Source of the DNA: a virus | Direction: 5' to 3' (one strand) | DNA length: 50,502 bases | IMG/VR virus record: IMGVR_UViG_2806310411_000001 | Span: 1-50,502 of that record | Part shown: positions 15,106-23,892 of the stretch, one piece after another | How the letters are laid out: every line of letters begins with the position of its first letter | How positions within the stretch are numbered: position 1 is the first letter of the stretch | The notes under the pieces: generated by a model | The model's input: the letters and a program-made list of their open reading frames with translations, nothing else | What the model was told of the DNA's origin: nothing | The model's database searches: none | Made by a program: the position numbers and the translations under genes

Positions 15106-17196
15106 ATGCGTGAGCAAGCCGTTGAACTCGCGCGCCGCGGGTTTCCCGTATTCCGTGCCCGTGGCAAATACCCTCTCGAAGAAGGCTGGCAAGACGAGGC
15201 CACCACCGACCCCGACAAGGTCTATAGCCGATGGACTTGTCCTGTCTTCGGCAACGACCAGGGCTGGAACATCGGCATAGCCACCGGCCGGCGCCTGCCC
15301 AACGGTCTCTTCCTCGCGGCCATCGATGAGGACAACAAGGACGGTAAGACCGGCGCGGCGTCACTTGAAATGCTGGCCGCAATCTATGACGAGCCTATGC
15401 CGGACACGTTCCGGACACGCACGCCGACCGCGGGCAGGCATCATCTCGTCGGCACGCCACGCCCAATCCCCAACAGCGTCGAATCGCTCGCACCCGGTAT
15501 CGACGTGCGCGGCGAGGGTGGTTATGTCATCGGCCCTGGCAGCGTGCGCGAGATTGGTGTTTACGAGATCGACAACGACGCCGACATTGCGCCTGCGCCG
15601 AAATATCTGACGAAGTTGGCTTTCCAGCCGAAACCCAAACTAGAAGCCAAAGCGAACATAGAGCTTGACACGACAGCCGCGATCGAGCGCGCGACCGATT
15701 ACCTTCTCAACCGCGCGCCTTCGGCCCTCGAATTCCACGGTGGAAATAACACCACCTACAAGGTGTTCGCAAAGCTCCGCGAGATCGGCGTCTCCGAGCA
15801 AACCGCCATCGAGCTGGCGGCCGAGCACTGGAATGAAACCAAGGCCGATCCGCCGTGGTCAATCGATGAGCTCGCGACCATCTGCGCCAACGCGTTCAAG
15901 CACGGTCAGAACGCCCCTGGCAGCGCGATGCCGGAGAACGAATTCGAGGCCGTCGCCGTCAAGGACGTGCTCCGCGGCGGCATCGAGATCGAGCCCGTCG
16001 TTAAGTTCGACGCCCTCGACATCCCGAAGCGCCAATGGGTGCTCGGCACGTTCGCGGCCAAGCAATACCTGTCGGGCCTCGTGTCGCCTCCAGGCGTGGG
16101 CAAGACGACATTCCTGCTCATGCTCGCCGTTGCGATCGCAACCGGCCGGGATGACATCGTAAAGCTCAAGGTGCACCAGCGCGGCCGCGTGCTGCTCTGG
16201 AACCAAGAAGACGAAACCAACGAGCTCAAACGCCGCTTGCTCGCGGTAATGGTCGCTTTCGACGTTAAATGGTCCGACATCGAGGACGAGAAAGGCAAGC
16301 CGCGAATCGTCCTCGGTTCCGGCGTCGATAGGCGCCTTATGTTCGCCAAGCGCAACGCGGCCGGTTATGTGCAGCCCGCGCCTGACGCGAAGGCCATCGA
16401 GGACTATCTGGCTTCCGAGCAAATCGACCTGGCCATATTCGATCCGTTCGTTGAAATGCACGAGGCCAACGAAAACGACAACCCCGAGGTGGCCGTTGTC
16501 GGCGCCGTGTTCCGCCGTGTTGCGGTCAAGGCCAATTGTGCGGTGATCCTCGCGCACCACACCAGGAAGCCCCCAGCGGCCTCCGCAAGCGACGCGTACG
16601 CCGGCAATATGGACACGGCCCGCGGCGCCGGATCGCTCGCCGGCGTGGCCCGTATGGTCGCCACGCTGTACACAATCGATAAGGAGACCGGGAAGCGCTA
16701 CGGCATCCCGGAAGACGAATGCCGGCGCTATGTGCGTTTCGATGACGCCAAGGCCAACATGTCCCTTGTGTCGGGCGAGCCGATGTTCTTCCGGCGCGAG
16801 GGGGTGGTGATCGGGGGAGAGGGCGGGGAAGAAGTCGGCGTGTTGCGCCCAGCCGATTTGAAGCGGGGCAAAGACGCCAAGACGGCGGCCCGCGACGACC
16901 TCGTGACCGACGCACTGGAGATCATGGGGGCGCGCGTCGCCATGCCGATCGGGGACATCGCGAAGGATCTCACCGGTCTGCCAATGTACGCGGACAAGAC
17001 GGCGCACGCGTTGCGTTTGGCTTTAAAGCGCGCATTCGAGAAAAAGCAGCAAATCAACGAAAACGAACAAATCGGAATAATCGTGCAAGGCATCCCGGGC
17101 CGCCCCGGCGCTACGGCGTGTCTAGTCCGCTCAGCGCTCACATCGCAAAAAGACAGTGAGCGGACTAGAAATAAACCTGAAACATCAAGCTCTTAG
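15106..17196 (+). CDS. Bifunctional primase-polymerase (prim-pol) fused to a RecA-like AAA_25 helicase/ATPase domain
   Basis: N-terminal prim-pol motifs (AAIDEDNKDG, GRHHL, DVRGEGGYVIGPGS). Central PriCT-like region. Walker A SPPGVGKTTFLL and Walker B LAIFDPF. Confidence 0.8.
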   Translation: MREQAVELARRGFPVFRARGKYPLEEGWQDEATTDPDKVYSRWTCPVFGNDQGWNIGIATGRRLPNGLFLAAIDEDNKDGKTGAASLEMLAAIYDEPMPDTFRTRTPTAGRHHLVGTPRPIPNSVESLAPGIDVRGEGGYVIGPGSVREIGVYEIDNDADIAPAPKYLTKLAFQPKPKLEAKANIELDTTAAIERATDYLLNRAPSALEFHGGNNTTYKVFAKLREIGVSEQTAIELAAEHWNETKADPPWSIDELATICANAFKHGQNAPGSAMPENEFEAVAVKDVLRGGIEIEPVVKFDALDIPKRQWVLGTFAAKQYLSGLVSPPGVGKTTFLLMLAVAIATGRDDIVKLKVHQRGRVLLWNQEDETNELKRRLLAVMVAFDVKWSDIEDEKGKPRIVLGSGVDRRLMFAKRNAAGYVQPAPDAKAIEDYLASEQIDLAIFDPFVEMHEANENDNPEVAVVGAVFRRVAVKANCAVILAHHTRKPPAASASDAYAGNMDTARGAGSLAGVARMVATLYTIDKETGKRYGIPEDECRRYVRFDDAKANMSLVSGEPMFFRREGVVIGGEGGEEVGVLRPADLKRGKDAKTAARDDLVTDALEIMGARVAMPIGDIAKDLTGLPMYADKTAHALRLALKRAFEKKQQINENEQIGIIVQGIPGRPGATACLVRSALTSQKDSERTRNKPETSSS

Positions 17197-17348
17197 CGAC
17201 AGTGAAATTTAGTCCGCTCACGTCGAGTCCGCTCAACGTGAGCGCAAGGGAGTTAAGTCGTTGAAATCACAAAGGAAGCTAGTCCGCTCATCCGCTCCTA
17301 TTATAAATAGCGCTGCGCTGAGCGCACTGCGCGCTCGCGCTATTTATA
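17122..17348. repeat. candidate replication origin: five AGTCCGCTCA iterons plus an AT-rich 12-bp-arm palindrome
   Basis: Iterons at 17124..17133, 17211..17220, 17226..17235 and 17281..17290 on the plus strand, and at 17157..17166 inverted. Palindrome arms TATAAATAGCGC (17302..17313) and GCGCTATTTATA (17337..17348). Confidence 0.5.
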
Positions 17349-17388
17349 CCGCTGGCCGAAGCGGAGTTTTACAAGGGGATTCCCCGCG

Positions 17389-17865
17389 ATGAGTTGGCGG
17401 GACCGGTTCGCGCAGCCGATCGACTTCGCGGCGCTCGCGGTTGAGCGATCGAAAAAAGGTTGGCGCCCGACGCCGGCGCAAAAGGCGGCCTGGGCGAAGA
17501 AGCGGGCGGCTGCGAAGCGTAAGGCGGTTGCGGCAGCGGCGGCCCGGCTGAAGGAGGAGCGCAAGGCGGCGCGCGCGGAGAAGCACGGCGCGGCCACGCC
17601 GGGCGCCAGCGAGAAGCTTCTCGAGGCGATGCGGCTTGGCCGGGGCTGGTACGGTGTCGGAGACCTCGAGGCGCTGACCGGCCTGAAGCGCGGCACGGTG
17701 CACGGGCTGGTGCACAAGTTCCACAAGCGGGGCGATCTGGAGCGAACAAAAAACCCCGCCTTTGTGAGGGCGGGGTTTCAGGAGCCGGAGTGGCTGTATC
17801 GACTACGGCCGGAGATGCAGGACGAAGTACGAGATCAGGCAGAGGGCGGCGCCGGCGCGGAATAG
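17389..17865 (+). CDS. hypothetical protein, Lys/Ala-rich N-terminus
   Basis: Track ORF preceded by TTTTACAAGGGGATTCCCC. Confidence 0.5.
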   Translation: MSWRDRFAQPIDFAALAVERSKKGWRPTPAQKAAWAKKRAAAKRKAVAAAAARLKEERKAARAEKHGAATPGASEKLLEAMRLGRGWYGVGDLEALTGLKRGTVHGLVHKFHKRGDLERTKNPAFVRAGFQEPEWLYRLRPEMQDEVRDQAEGGAGAE

Positions 17866-17882
17866 CAGCAGGGTGGCGTGGA

Positions 17883-18782
17883 TCATGCGCGGGCCTCAAG
17901 GCTGCTTTCGGAGAACGTGTCGCGTTGGGCGACCAGTCCACCGGAGATGCGGCTTTCGTAATGATACTCGACAGAATAGCCGCGAGGTGTGAGGCGTACC
18001 ACCTTGCCTTCCAGCCTAGAGAAGCCACGCGATGCGGTAACGAGATCGCCGACCTTGAATTTGCGTTCCACCTTTGCAGCTTCCGGCGTGCCTTTCTCTA
18101 GCAACGACACGTGGCTTTTGTCGCATTTTCCGATGAACCCCCTCGCGGTGAAATTGATGGTGAATGTGTTTTTGTTGGCTTTGGTCACGACGCCGTCGCC
18201 GTACACGATCGACCGTACCTTGTCGCCAGGCTCGATGATCGCGGCGGCGGCGTCTCGCGCGGCCTGACGCTCGCGCTCGGCGTCACCGGCGACGCGTGCG
18301 GGCGCCATGCACTCGGCGCGCTCGCGCAGCTTCCGCGCGTCGCTGTATTCGCGGCCGGCGTCCATGAACGATTTCTGAGCGCGAGCTAAAAGCTTTTCGT
18401 GCCGACGTTGGCTGTGATGACCGCGCTTGACCGGCTCCATAAGCGCTAGGAAGTCCCGTTCATGCGGCGAGATCCGGGCGCGGGCGGCGTCGCCTCGCTT
18501 CTCGGCGTTGGCGGCTTGGTTCAACAGACGTTCACGGCGGCGGTCAAGCCGCGCTTGGCGAAGCTCGCGCAAGCGTTCGCCTGTCGCTGGCGTCACGTCC
18601 TGGTCGGTTGCCTCAAAATCGGCGACGTCCAAGCCGTCATGCGAGTTTGCATAGGCGCGGATTGCGTCGACATGCGCCGACGGAGCGACGTAGCCTTTCG
18701 CGTCGGTGTTCCATAAGGCGCCGAGCCGGCGCAGCTCGCGGCGGTGCGCGTAGGTGTTGCCGGTAATGATGATGGTTCGCAT
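17883..18782 (-). CDS. DUF3560-like protein
   Basis: MRTIIITGNTY... start at 18782. The central segment EPVKRGHHSQRRHEKLL resembles the DUF3560 signature. Confidence 0.5.
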   Translation of the reverse strand: MRTIIITGNTYAHRRELRRLGALWNTDAKGYVAPSAHVDAIRAYANSHDGLDVADFEATDQDVTPATGERLRELRQARLDRRRERLLNQAANAEKRGDAARARISPHERDFLALMEPVKRGHHSQRRHEKLLARAQKSFMDAGREYSDARKLRERAECMAPARVAGDAERERQAARDAAAAIIEPGDKVRSIVYGDGVVTKANKNTFTINFTARGFIGKCDKSHVSLLEKGTPEAAKVERKFKVGDLVTASRGFSRLEGKVVRLTPRGYSVEYHYESRISGGLVAQRDTFSESSLEARA

Positions 18783-18915
18783 GTCGGTTCCTTGTCTGGT
18801 TTTGGTTCGCAAAAGTCACACTAGAGGGCGTGAGAAAACAGGCCGGCCCAAACGGCGAGCATGGCCAGGAAGAGCGCGAGGGCGGCGAGCGCGGGAAGCT
18901 CGGAGAGGAAGGTTT

Positions 18916-19074
18916 TCACCACAAGCCCTCCGCAGCGTAGCGCGACCAGGCGTTCCAACCTTCCTCGCAGTTGGGGTAGAGCGCGGCCATGATCGCGGCG
19001 AGGGCAAGCTCGGCGGGGTCGGGCGGGTTCTGGAAGGCGTGCAGCCGTTCCAGGGTTTCGAGGATGGTGTTCAC
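18916..19074 (-). CDS. hypothetical protein (52 aa, below the track cutoff)
   Basis: GTG start with GGAGG 8 nt upstream. VNTILETLERLHAFQNPPDP... Confidence 0.3.
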   Translation of the reverse strand: MNTILETLERLHAFQNPPDPAELALAAIMAALYPNCEEGWNAWSRYAAEGLW

Positions 19075-19122
19075 GTGGCGGCCTCCGTGTTCCTCTCTAA
19101 AATCGACAAGGTGGGCGCGGGG

Positions 19123-19425
19123 CTAGGGGGCGAAAAGACGGCCGTTGGACGCGACGCGATGGCCGCGAAGCTCGGGATTGTGCGGCCAAGTCGGCGAGCT
19201 GTGACAGCGCGCGACGCGGCGATCCAAGCGGCCGTTGGCGCGCACCGCGAAGCGCGTATGGGCGAGCCAGTCTTGATCGTCGGCGAATTGCACGGCGTTA
19301 TCGGGCTTTGCCCATTTCGGTCTATGCGAGCCGGTGAACCGGTGCACATACGCTGAAAGGACGAAACGTTGATCGGCGGGGTGCAAGTCGGTTCCGAGCT
19401 TGCCGTCCATTGGGTCGCGGTGCAT
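19123..19425 (-). CDS. hypothetical protein (100 aa)
   Basis: ATG at 19425 with GGGAG upstream. The track ORF extends to 19485. Confidence 0.5.
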   Translation of the reverse strand: MHRDPMDGKLGTDLHPADQRFVLSAYVHRFTGSHRPKWAKPDNAVQFADDQDWLAHTRFAVRANGRLDRRVARCHSSPTWPHNPELRGHRVASNGRLFAP

Positions 19426-19529
19426 GTGAGCTCCCGTTGTTTGTCTGGTATTGCGACCATACGCTCTCGCATTTCCCCTTGTCAACGGCTTTTTGTCGAT
19501 TTTGTTGATTTTAGCGAATTGACGTTTTC

Positions 19530-20054
19530 GTGAGCGAAGGGGATTTGTTCGATATGGGGGAAGTGTCCGTTTCCGTCGGTTTGACCGAACAACAACGCGA
19601 TTTTGTGCGTTTCATCGTATCGGGCGGCCGCTCGCCGGAGGAGGCGGGGGCACTTTGCGGCTATCATCCGAAGTCGGTTTATCGACTGTTGAAAATGCCC
19701 GCCGTAGCTGGCGCGATACACGAGGCGATTCAACAGGACCTCGTTTCGGTCGGGGCGCCGGCCGCGTATCGCGTCGCGAAAGCCTTGATGCTTGATGAGA
19801 AGGTATCGGCGCGCGTGCGAGCTGACATATCATTCAAGCTGATGGATCGCGCGGGGCACATTGTGCCGACTCGCAAGGATCTGGCGCCAGGCAAGGCGCT
19901 TTCCGAGATGTCTCGAGACGAGCTCGCCTCGTTCATCAAGCGCAACCAAGCGGAAATCGATCGCGCCGAACAAGAAGCCGCGGGGCGCGCAATCGACATT
20001 ACGCCCCAGCATGCCGCGCCAGTAGACGCTAAGCCGTTGAACTTCCTTGATTGA
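19530..20054 (+). CDS. terS: terminase small subunit
   Basis: N-terminal HTH segment LTEQQRDFVRFIVSGGRSPEEAGALCGY is typical of small terminases, and a coiled-coil C-terminus follows. Confidence 0.7.
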   Translation: MSEGDLFDMGEVSVSVGLTEQQRDFVRFIVSGGRSPEEAGALCGYHPKSVYRLLKMPAVAGAIHEAIQQDLVSVGAPAAYRVAKALMLDEKVSARVRADISFKLMDRAGHIVPTRKDLAPGKALSEMSRDELASFIKRNQAEIDRAEQEAAGRAIDITPQHAAPVDAKPLNFLD

Positions 20055-20206
20055 TACTGCCTTAATCAGGCAGTGAGATCAGGGAGGGGGCGCCCGCGAG
20101 CCGCCCCTGACCCCCGGGGGCGGGGCGCCGGCTTGGTGTCCGAAGGTCGCAAGGCGCATTCGCTAATTCCGTAAATTTTAAAACTTCAGGGTATACCCTT
20201 GGGGCC

Positions 20207-20710
20207 ATGAGCCTGAAAGAAACACCTGAAATGATCGAGCTGCTGCGCGCCGCGTATGACTACGACGCCGCCACAGGCCACGTCACACACCGAGCGCGGT
20301 CAGGCGTCATCGCCGGGGCGCGGGCCGGCACCTTGAAGGACGACGGCTACAGGATCGTGCACTTCAAGGGACGGCGCTTTCAGGAACACCGGCTGATTTT
20401 CGCGCTGATGACAGGCCGATGGCCTGCGCACCAGATCGATCACGAGAACACGATCCGCGATGACAACCGCTGGACGAATTTGCGGGAGGCGACGCCAACT
20501 CAAAACAACGCCAACGTCTGTTCGCGAGCGCTCAAAGGCGTTGATTTTCACAAATACCGCAACCAGTGGCGGGCGCGCATCCGCCTAAATGGTAAAAGGC
20601 ACGATCTTGGGCACTTCGAAACTGCGGAAGAGGCATCGGCCGTCTACACCGCGGCTTTCAAAGCCGCGCACGGCGAATTTGCGCGCACGGAACCGGCATA
20701 CCTCGACTGA
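20207..20710 (+). CDS. HNH-AP2 homing endonuclease (intact)
   Basis: HNH_3 core QIDHENTIRDDNRWTNLR, then an AP2 domain GVDFHKYRNQWRARIRLNGKRHDLGHFETAEEASAVYTAAFKAAHGEFA. Confidence 0.8.
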   Translation: MSLKETPEMIELLRAAYDYDAATGHVTHRARSGVIAGARAGTLKDDGYRIVHFKGRRFQEHRLIFALMTGRWPAHQIDHENTIRDDNRWTNLREATPTQNNANVCSRALKGVDFHKYRNQWRARIRLNGKRHDLGHFETAEEASAVYTAAFKAAHGEFARTEPAYLD

Positions 20711-20848
20711 TGGCTTTGTCGGCTTGACAAAATCTCAAAACCAGACAATCCTAGCCCTCGCTCGAACGCAACGAGCTCCATGTGTGCACCTCAGGGGCGG
20801 GTCTTTGTCTGGTGTGGCCCGCCCCAACACCTGACCGGGGGAATAACC

Positions 20849-21040
20849 ATGACTGAAGATACCGCCGTCGAAGCCACCGAAACCGTCGAGCAGTCGACCG
20901 AAGCCGCTCCGGCACCGAAGCACAGCGACACGCTGCTCGATCTCGTCAAGCGCCTGGCGCACGATGCCTCCGACGAGGTCGTCGACGCGATCCGCCACAT
21001 CGAATCCGCCGCCGCAACCCTCGCCTCGAAGGCACTGTGA
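20849..21040 (+). CDS. hypothetical acidic protein (63 aa)
   Basis: ATG at 20849 within track ORF 20780..21040. Overlaps the next gene start. Confidence 0.4.
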   Translation: MTEDTAVEATETVEQSTEAAPAPKHSDTLLDLVKRLAHDASDEVVDAIRHIESAAATLASKAL

Positions 21041-21285
21041 TGCCCCTCGTCACCGTCACGGCCGCCGAAGGCGAGCGCCTCCAGATCCGGCTCCAGAAGC
21101 GCGTCGAGAAAGCCAGCATCGTGCAGACGCATGGCTTCGACGAGCAGGGCAACCCGACCCTCGTCAGTGCGTTCGGCGCCAAGGTCACCACCTGGCCGGA
21201 CCAGGGCGTCGACACGATCGCCTCCGAGAGCCGCTCCTACACCGTGGACGCCGACAACCGCATCGTGGTCGAGCCCGCGGCCTGA
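21037..21285 (+). CDS. hypothetical protein (82 aa)
   Basis: Track ORF, followed by an 8-bp-stem hairpin (21295..21318). Confidence 0.45.
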   Translation: MMPLVTVTAAEGERLQIRLQKRVEKASIVQTHGFDEQGNPTLVSAFGAKVTTWPDQGVDTIASESRSYTVDADNRIVVEPAA

Positions 21286-21389
21286 CTGTCTGGTATTGCG
21301 ATCTTGTGAAATCGCAATTATCGCGCTACTATCGCTTCCGGTCGACCACAGCCGCTTCGCCAACGGCGTTCCAGCGTCCCTAAAGCGTC

Positions 21390-22535
21390 ATGTCGTCAAC
21401 CCCTTACGATCGGCAAACCAGTTTCGCGCTTTTCAGCGCGGAAAACCCGACCTCCCAGCAGTCCGGCACCGACCTCGACGCCGAGTTCAACGCCGTCAAG
21501 CTGGCGATGGACGACACGCAACAGAACCTGGCCAAGATTCAGGACGACGACGGCGCGCTGAAGCGCGGCTCGGTCGGCCAGGCGCAGTTCGACAGCAGCG
21601 TGACGCTCGGTTTCGCCGCGCCGGCGCAGTGGGAGAGCGGCGTCCTTTACGACGCGAACATCAGCACCGTCTTCTACAACTCGATTTTCTACATCGCGAA
21701 CACCACCCACACGTCTGGCGTCAGCTTCGACGCCTCGAAGTGGGATGAGATCGCGGATTTCACCGCGGCGGCCGCCATTCCGGACGGTTCGATCACGTCG
21801 GTGAAGTTGGCTTCCGGCGCGGTCGCCGGCGACAAGCTGGCAGACGGCGTGGTCGCGAATTCGAAGATCGCCACGGGCGCGGTGACCAACACCAAGCTGG
21901 CCGACGCCAACGTGACGTACAACAAACTGGATGCTGCGAACGTTGCGGTGCCCCTGGCCAACCTGCTGTTCCCGGCCGGCGCGCTGATGCCGTACGCCGG
22001 AGCGGCGGCGCCGACCGGCTGGCTGTTGTGTTACGGCCAATCGCTTCTCCGAAGCGATTACCCGACGCTCTTCGCCGCGATCGGCACGACCTACGGCTCG
22101 GCCGACGGCACGCATTTCAATCTGCCGGACCTGCGCGGGCGCGTGATCCCCGGCGCCGACAACATGGGCGGCTCGCCCGCAGGGCGCATCACCGACGCCG
22201 TCGCGGGCATGGACAGCCTTGGCGATTCCGGCGGTGCGCAGTCCCGAACGCTGGTCACCGCGAACCTGCCTCCTTACACGCCTGCCGGCTCGAACGGATC
22301 GATTAGCGTCACGTCGACCAACTACACCGCGCAGTCGACTTCGCCGATTAGCGGCTCTGCGGTTGGCGGCGGGGCGCAAGTCAGCGTTCCGGTCTCCCCC
22401 GGTGGACTTTACGGGCAGCTCACGTCAACGGGCTCGGGACCGACGTTCACCGGCACTCCGCAGGGCGGCACGAGCACGCCTATCGTGACGGTGCAGCCGT
22501 CGTTGGTCCTCAACTACATCATCAAGGCGCACTGA
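21390..22535 (+). CDS. tail fibre protein with phage tail-collar domain
   Basis: Collar motif GWLLCYGQSLLRSDYPTLFAAIGTTYGSADGTHFNLPDLRGR. Confidence 0.8.
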   Translation: MSSTPYDRQTSFALFSAENPTSQQSGTDLDAEFNAVKLAMDDTQQNLAKIQDDDGALKRGSVGQAQFDSSVTLGFAAPAQWESGVLYDANISTVFYNSIFYIANTTHTSGVSFDASKWDEIADFTAAAAIPDGSITSVKLASGAVAGDKLADGVVANSKIATGAVTNTKLADANVTYNKLDAANVAVPLANLLFPAGALMPYAGAAAPTGWLLCYGQSLLRSDYPTLFAAIGTTYGSADGTHFNLPDLRGRVIPGADNMGGSPAGRITDAVAGMDSLGDSGGAQSRTLVTANLPPYTPAGSNGSISVTSTNYTAQSTSPISGSAVGGGAQVSVPVSPGGLYGQLTSTGSGPTFTGTPQGGTSTPIVTVQPSLVLNYIIKAH

Positions 22536-23596
22536 TGGCCTATCCGACCAAATACCAGCGCCAATATGATTACGTCGCATACCAAAATGCGAACCCCAGC
22601 CGGCCGCTGCCGGCGACGTCGGTTCACGCCGACCTCAACGCAGTGGCCCAGTCGCTCCAGGAGACCATCGACTTCCTGAAGACTGCGCTCCGCGACGACG
22701 GGCAGATCCAGAACAACGCCGTCGGCTTTGACCAATTGAGCTTGAGCGTCCAGGCGATCACAGGCGATCCCGATGCGGTCGAACAGATCATCGCCGATGC
22801 CTCGGCGAGCGCGTCCGCGGCGGCGACGAGCGCGGCTGCGGCGTCGTCGTCGGCAGCGAGCGCATCGTCTTCGGCCAGCAACGCGACGACGTCCGCGAAC
22901 GCGGCTGCGTCGAGCGCGACGTCGGCCGGCACGTCGGCTACGAACGCATCCAACAGCGCGAGCGCGGCTTCGACGTCGGCATCGGCTGCCGCGACGTCCG
23001 CGTCCAACGCAGCAGCGACACTGGCTGCGGCAATCACGGGGCCGGGGTCCTCGACGGACAAGACCGCCGTGCGCTTCAGCGGCACGGGCGGCAAGACTGG
23101 CCAGGCAAGCGCGCTCGCCATCGCCGACACCACCGGGGCCCTGTCGCGCGTGGGCAACGGCGGCATTCCCCTCCAAGGCACCAACACGAACGACAACGCC
23201 GCGGCCGGCTACGTTGGCGAATACCTCGAAAACAACGTCACGGTGGCCGTCAACGTCGTCACGAACACCGTGACCGCGATCGCCAGCATCACGCTGACGC
23301 CCGGTGATTGGGACGTTCACGCCGGCTTCACGGTATTCCCGAACGGCAACAACACGCTCACCGAGATCCATTGCTGCCTGTCGAACGCCAACAACGCGTT
23401 AACGGGGTTCCCCTTCGGCGCCCCGAACGCAATGCACGTCGCGTTCCAGGATAACCAGGCCGCGATCGTGCCGACAGGCATGGCGCGCTGGAGTGTCGCC
23501 GTGAACACCACGGTCTACGCGGTCATCAACCTCAAATACACCACGGGCAGCACGATGTCGGCCACAGCGTGCCTGTGGGCGCGGCGACGCCGATGA
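22535..23596 (+). CDS. second tail fibre protein with an Ala/Ser-rich repeat shaft
   Basis: The N-terminus is paralogous to the preceding fibre (xRQ...NP...L(D/N)AV...DDG...VG). An 80-aa SASAA-type repeat follows. Confidence 0.65.
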   Translation: MAYPTKYQRQYDYVAYQNANPSRPLPATSVHADLNAVAQSLQETIDFLKTALRDDGQIQNNAVGFDQLSLSVQAITGDPDAVEQIIADASASASAAATSAAAASSSAASASSSASNATTSANAAASSATSAGTSATNASNSASAASTSASAAATSASNAAATLAAAITGPGSSTDKTAVRFSGTGGKTGQASALAIADTTGALSRVGNGGIPLQGTNTNDNAAAGYVGEYLENNVTVAVNVVTNTVTAIASITLTPGDWDVHAGFTVFPNGNNTLTEIHCCLSNANNALTGFPFGAPNAMHVAFQDNQAAIVPTGMARWSVAVNTTVYAVINLKYTTGSTMSATACLWARRRR

Positions 23597-23892
23597 GTGG
23601 CGAGATCCATCCCGTTTCCGAGACGCTCGGTGCGCTCAAGACCGACGTGAAATATCTGCGCGAGCGCGCCGACGTGCGCGATCGCGAGCAGGCCGAAATG
23701 AAGAAGATGCTGGAATCCATCAGCACGAAGCTCGATCCGGTGGTCACCGACCACACCTGGATGAAGCCGCATGTCGAAAGCTATGCGGCTGTCCGCGGAC
23801 GGGTCGGTTGGGCAGGGGCGTTCATCGTGGGTATCGCCAGCATTTTTGGCGGCACCGTGGGGAATTGGTTGCTTAGAAAATACGGGGGATAG
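23593..23892 (+). CDS. C-terminally membrane-anchored coiled-coil protein (99 aa)
   Basis: ATGA overlap with the fibre stop. TM helix WAGAFIVGIASIFGGTVGNWLL. Confidence 0.5.
   Translation: MSGEIHPVSETLGALKTDVKYLRERADVRDREQAEMKKMLESISTKLDPVVTDHTWMKPHVESYAAVRGRVGWAGAFIVGIASIFGGTVGNWLLRKYGG

Noticed and set aside
22790-23040. Repetitive GC-rich DNA that might be a tandem repeat or CRISPR-like array.
   Set aside because: It lies in frame within the second tail-fibre gene and encodes the Ala/Ser-rich shaft. There are no spacer-repeat periodicity and no cas genes.
21390-23596. A diversity-generating retroelement or an invertible host-range cassette at the tail fibres.
   Set aside because: I saw no reverse transcriptase, no template/variable repeat pair, no invertase and no flanking inverted repeats.
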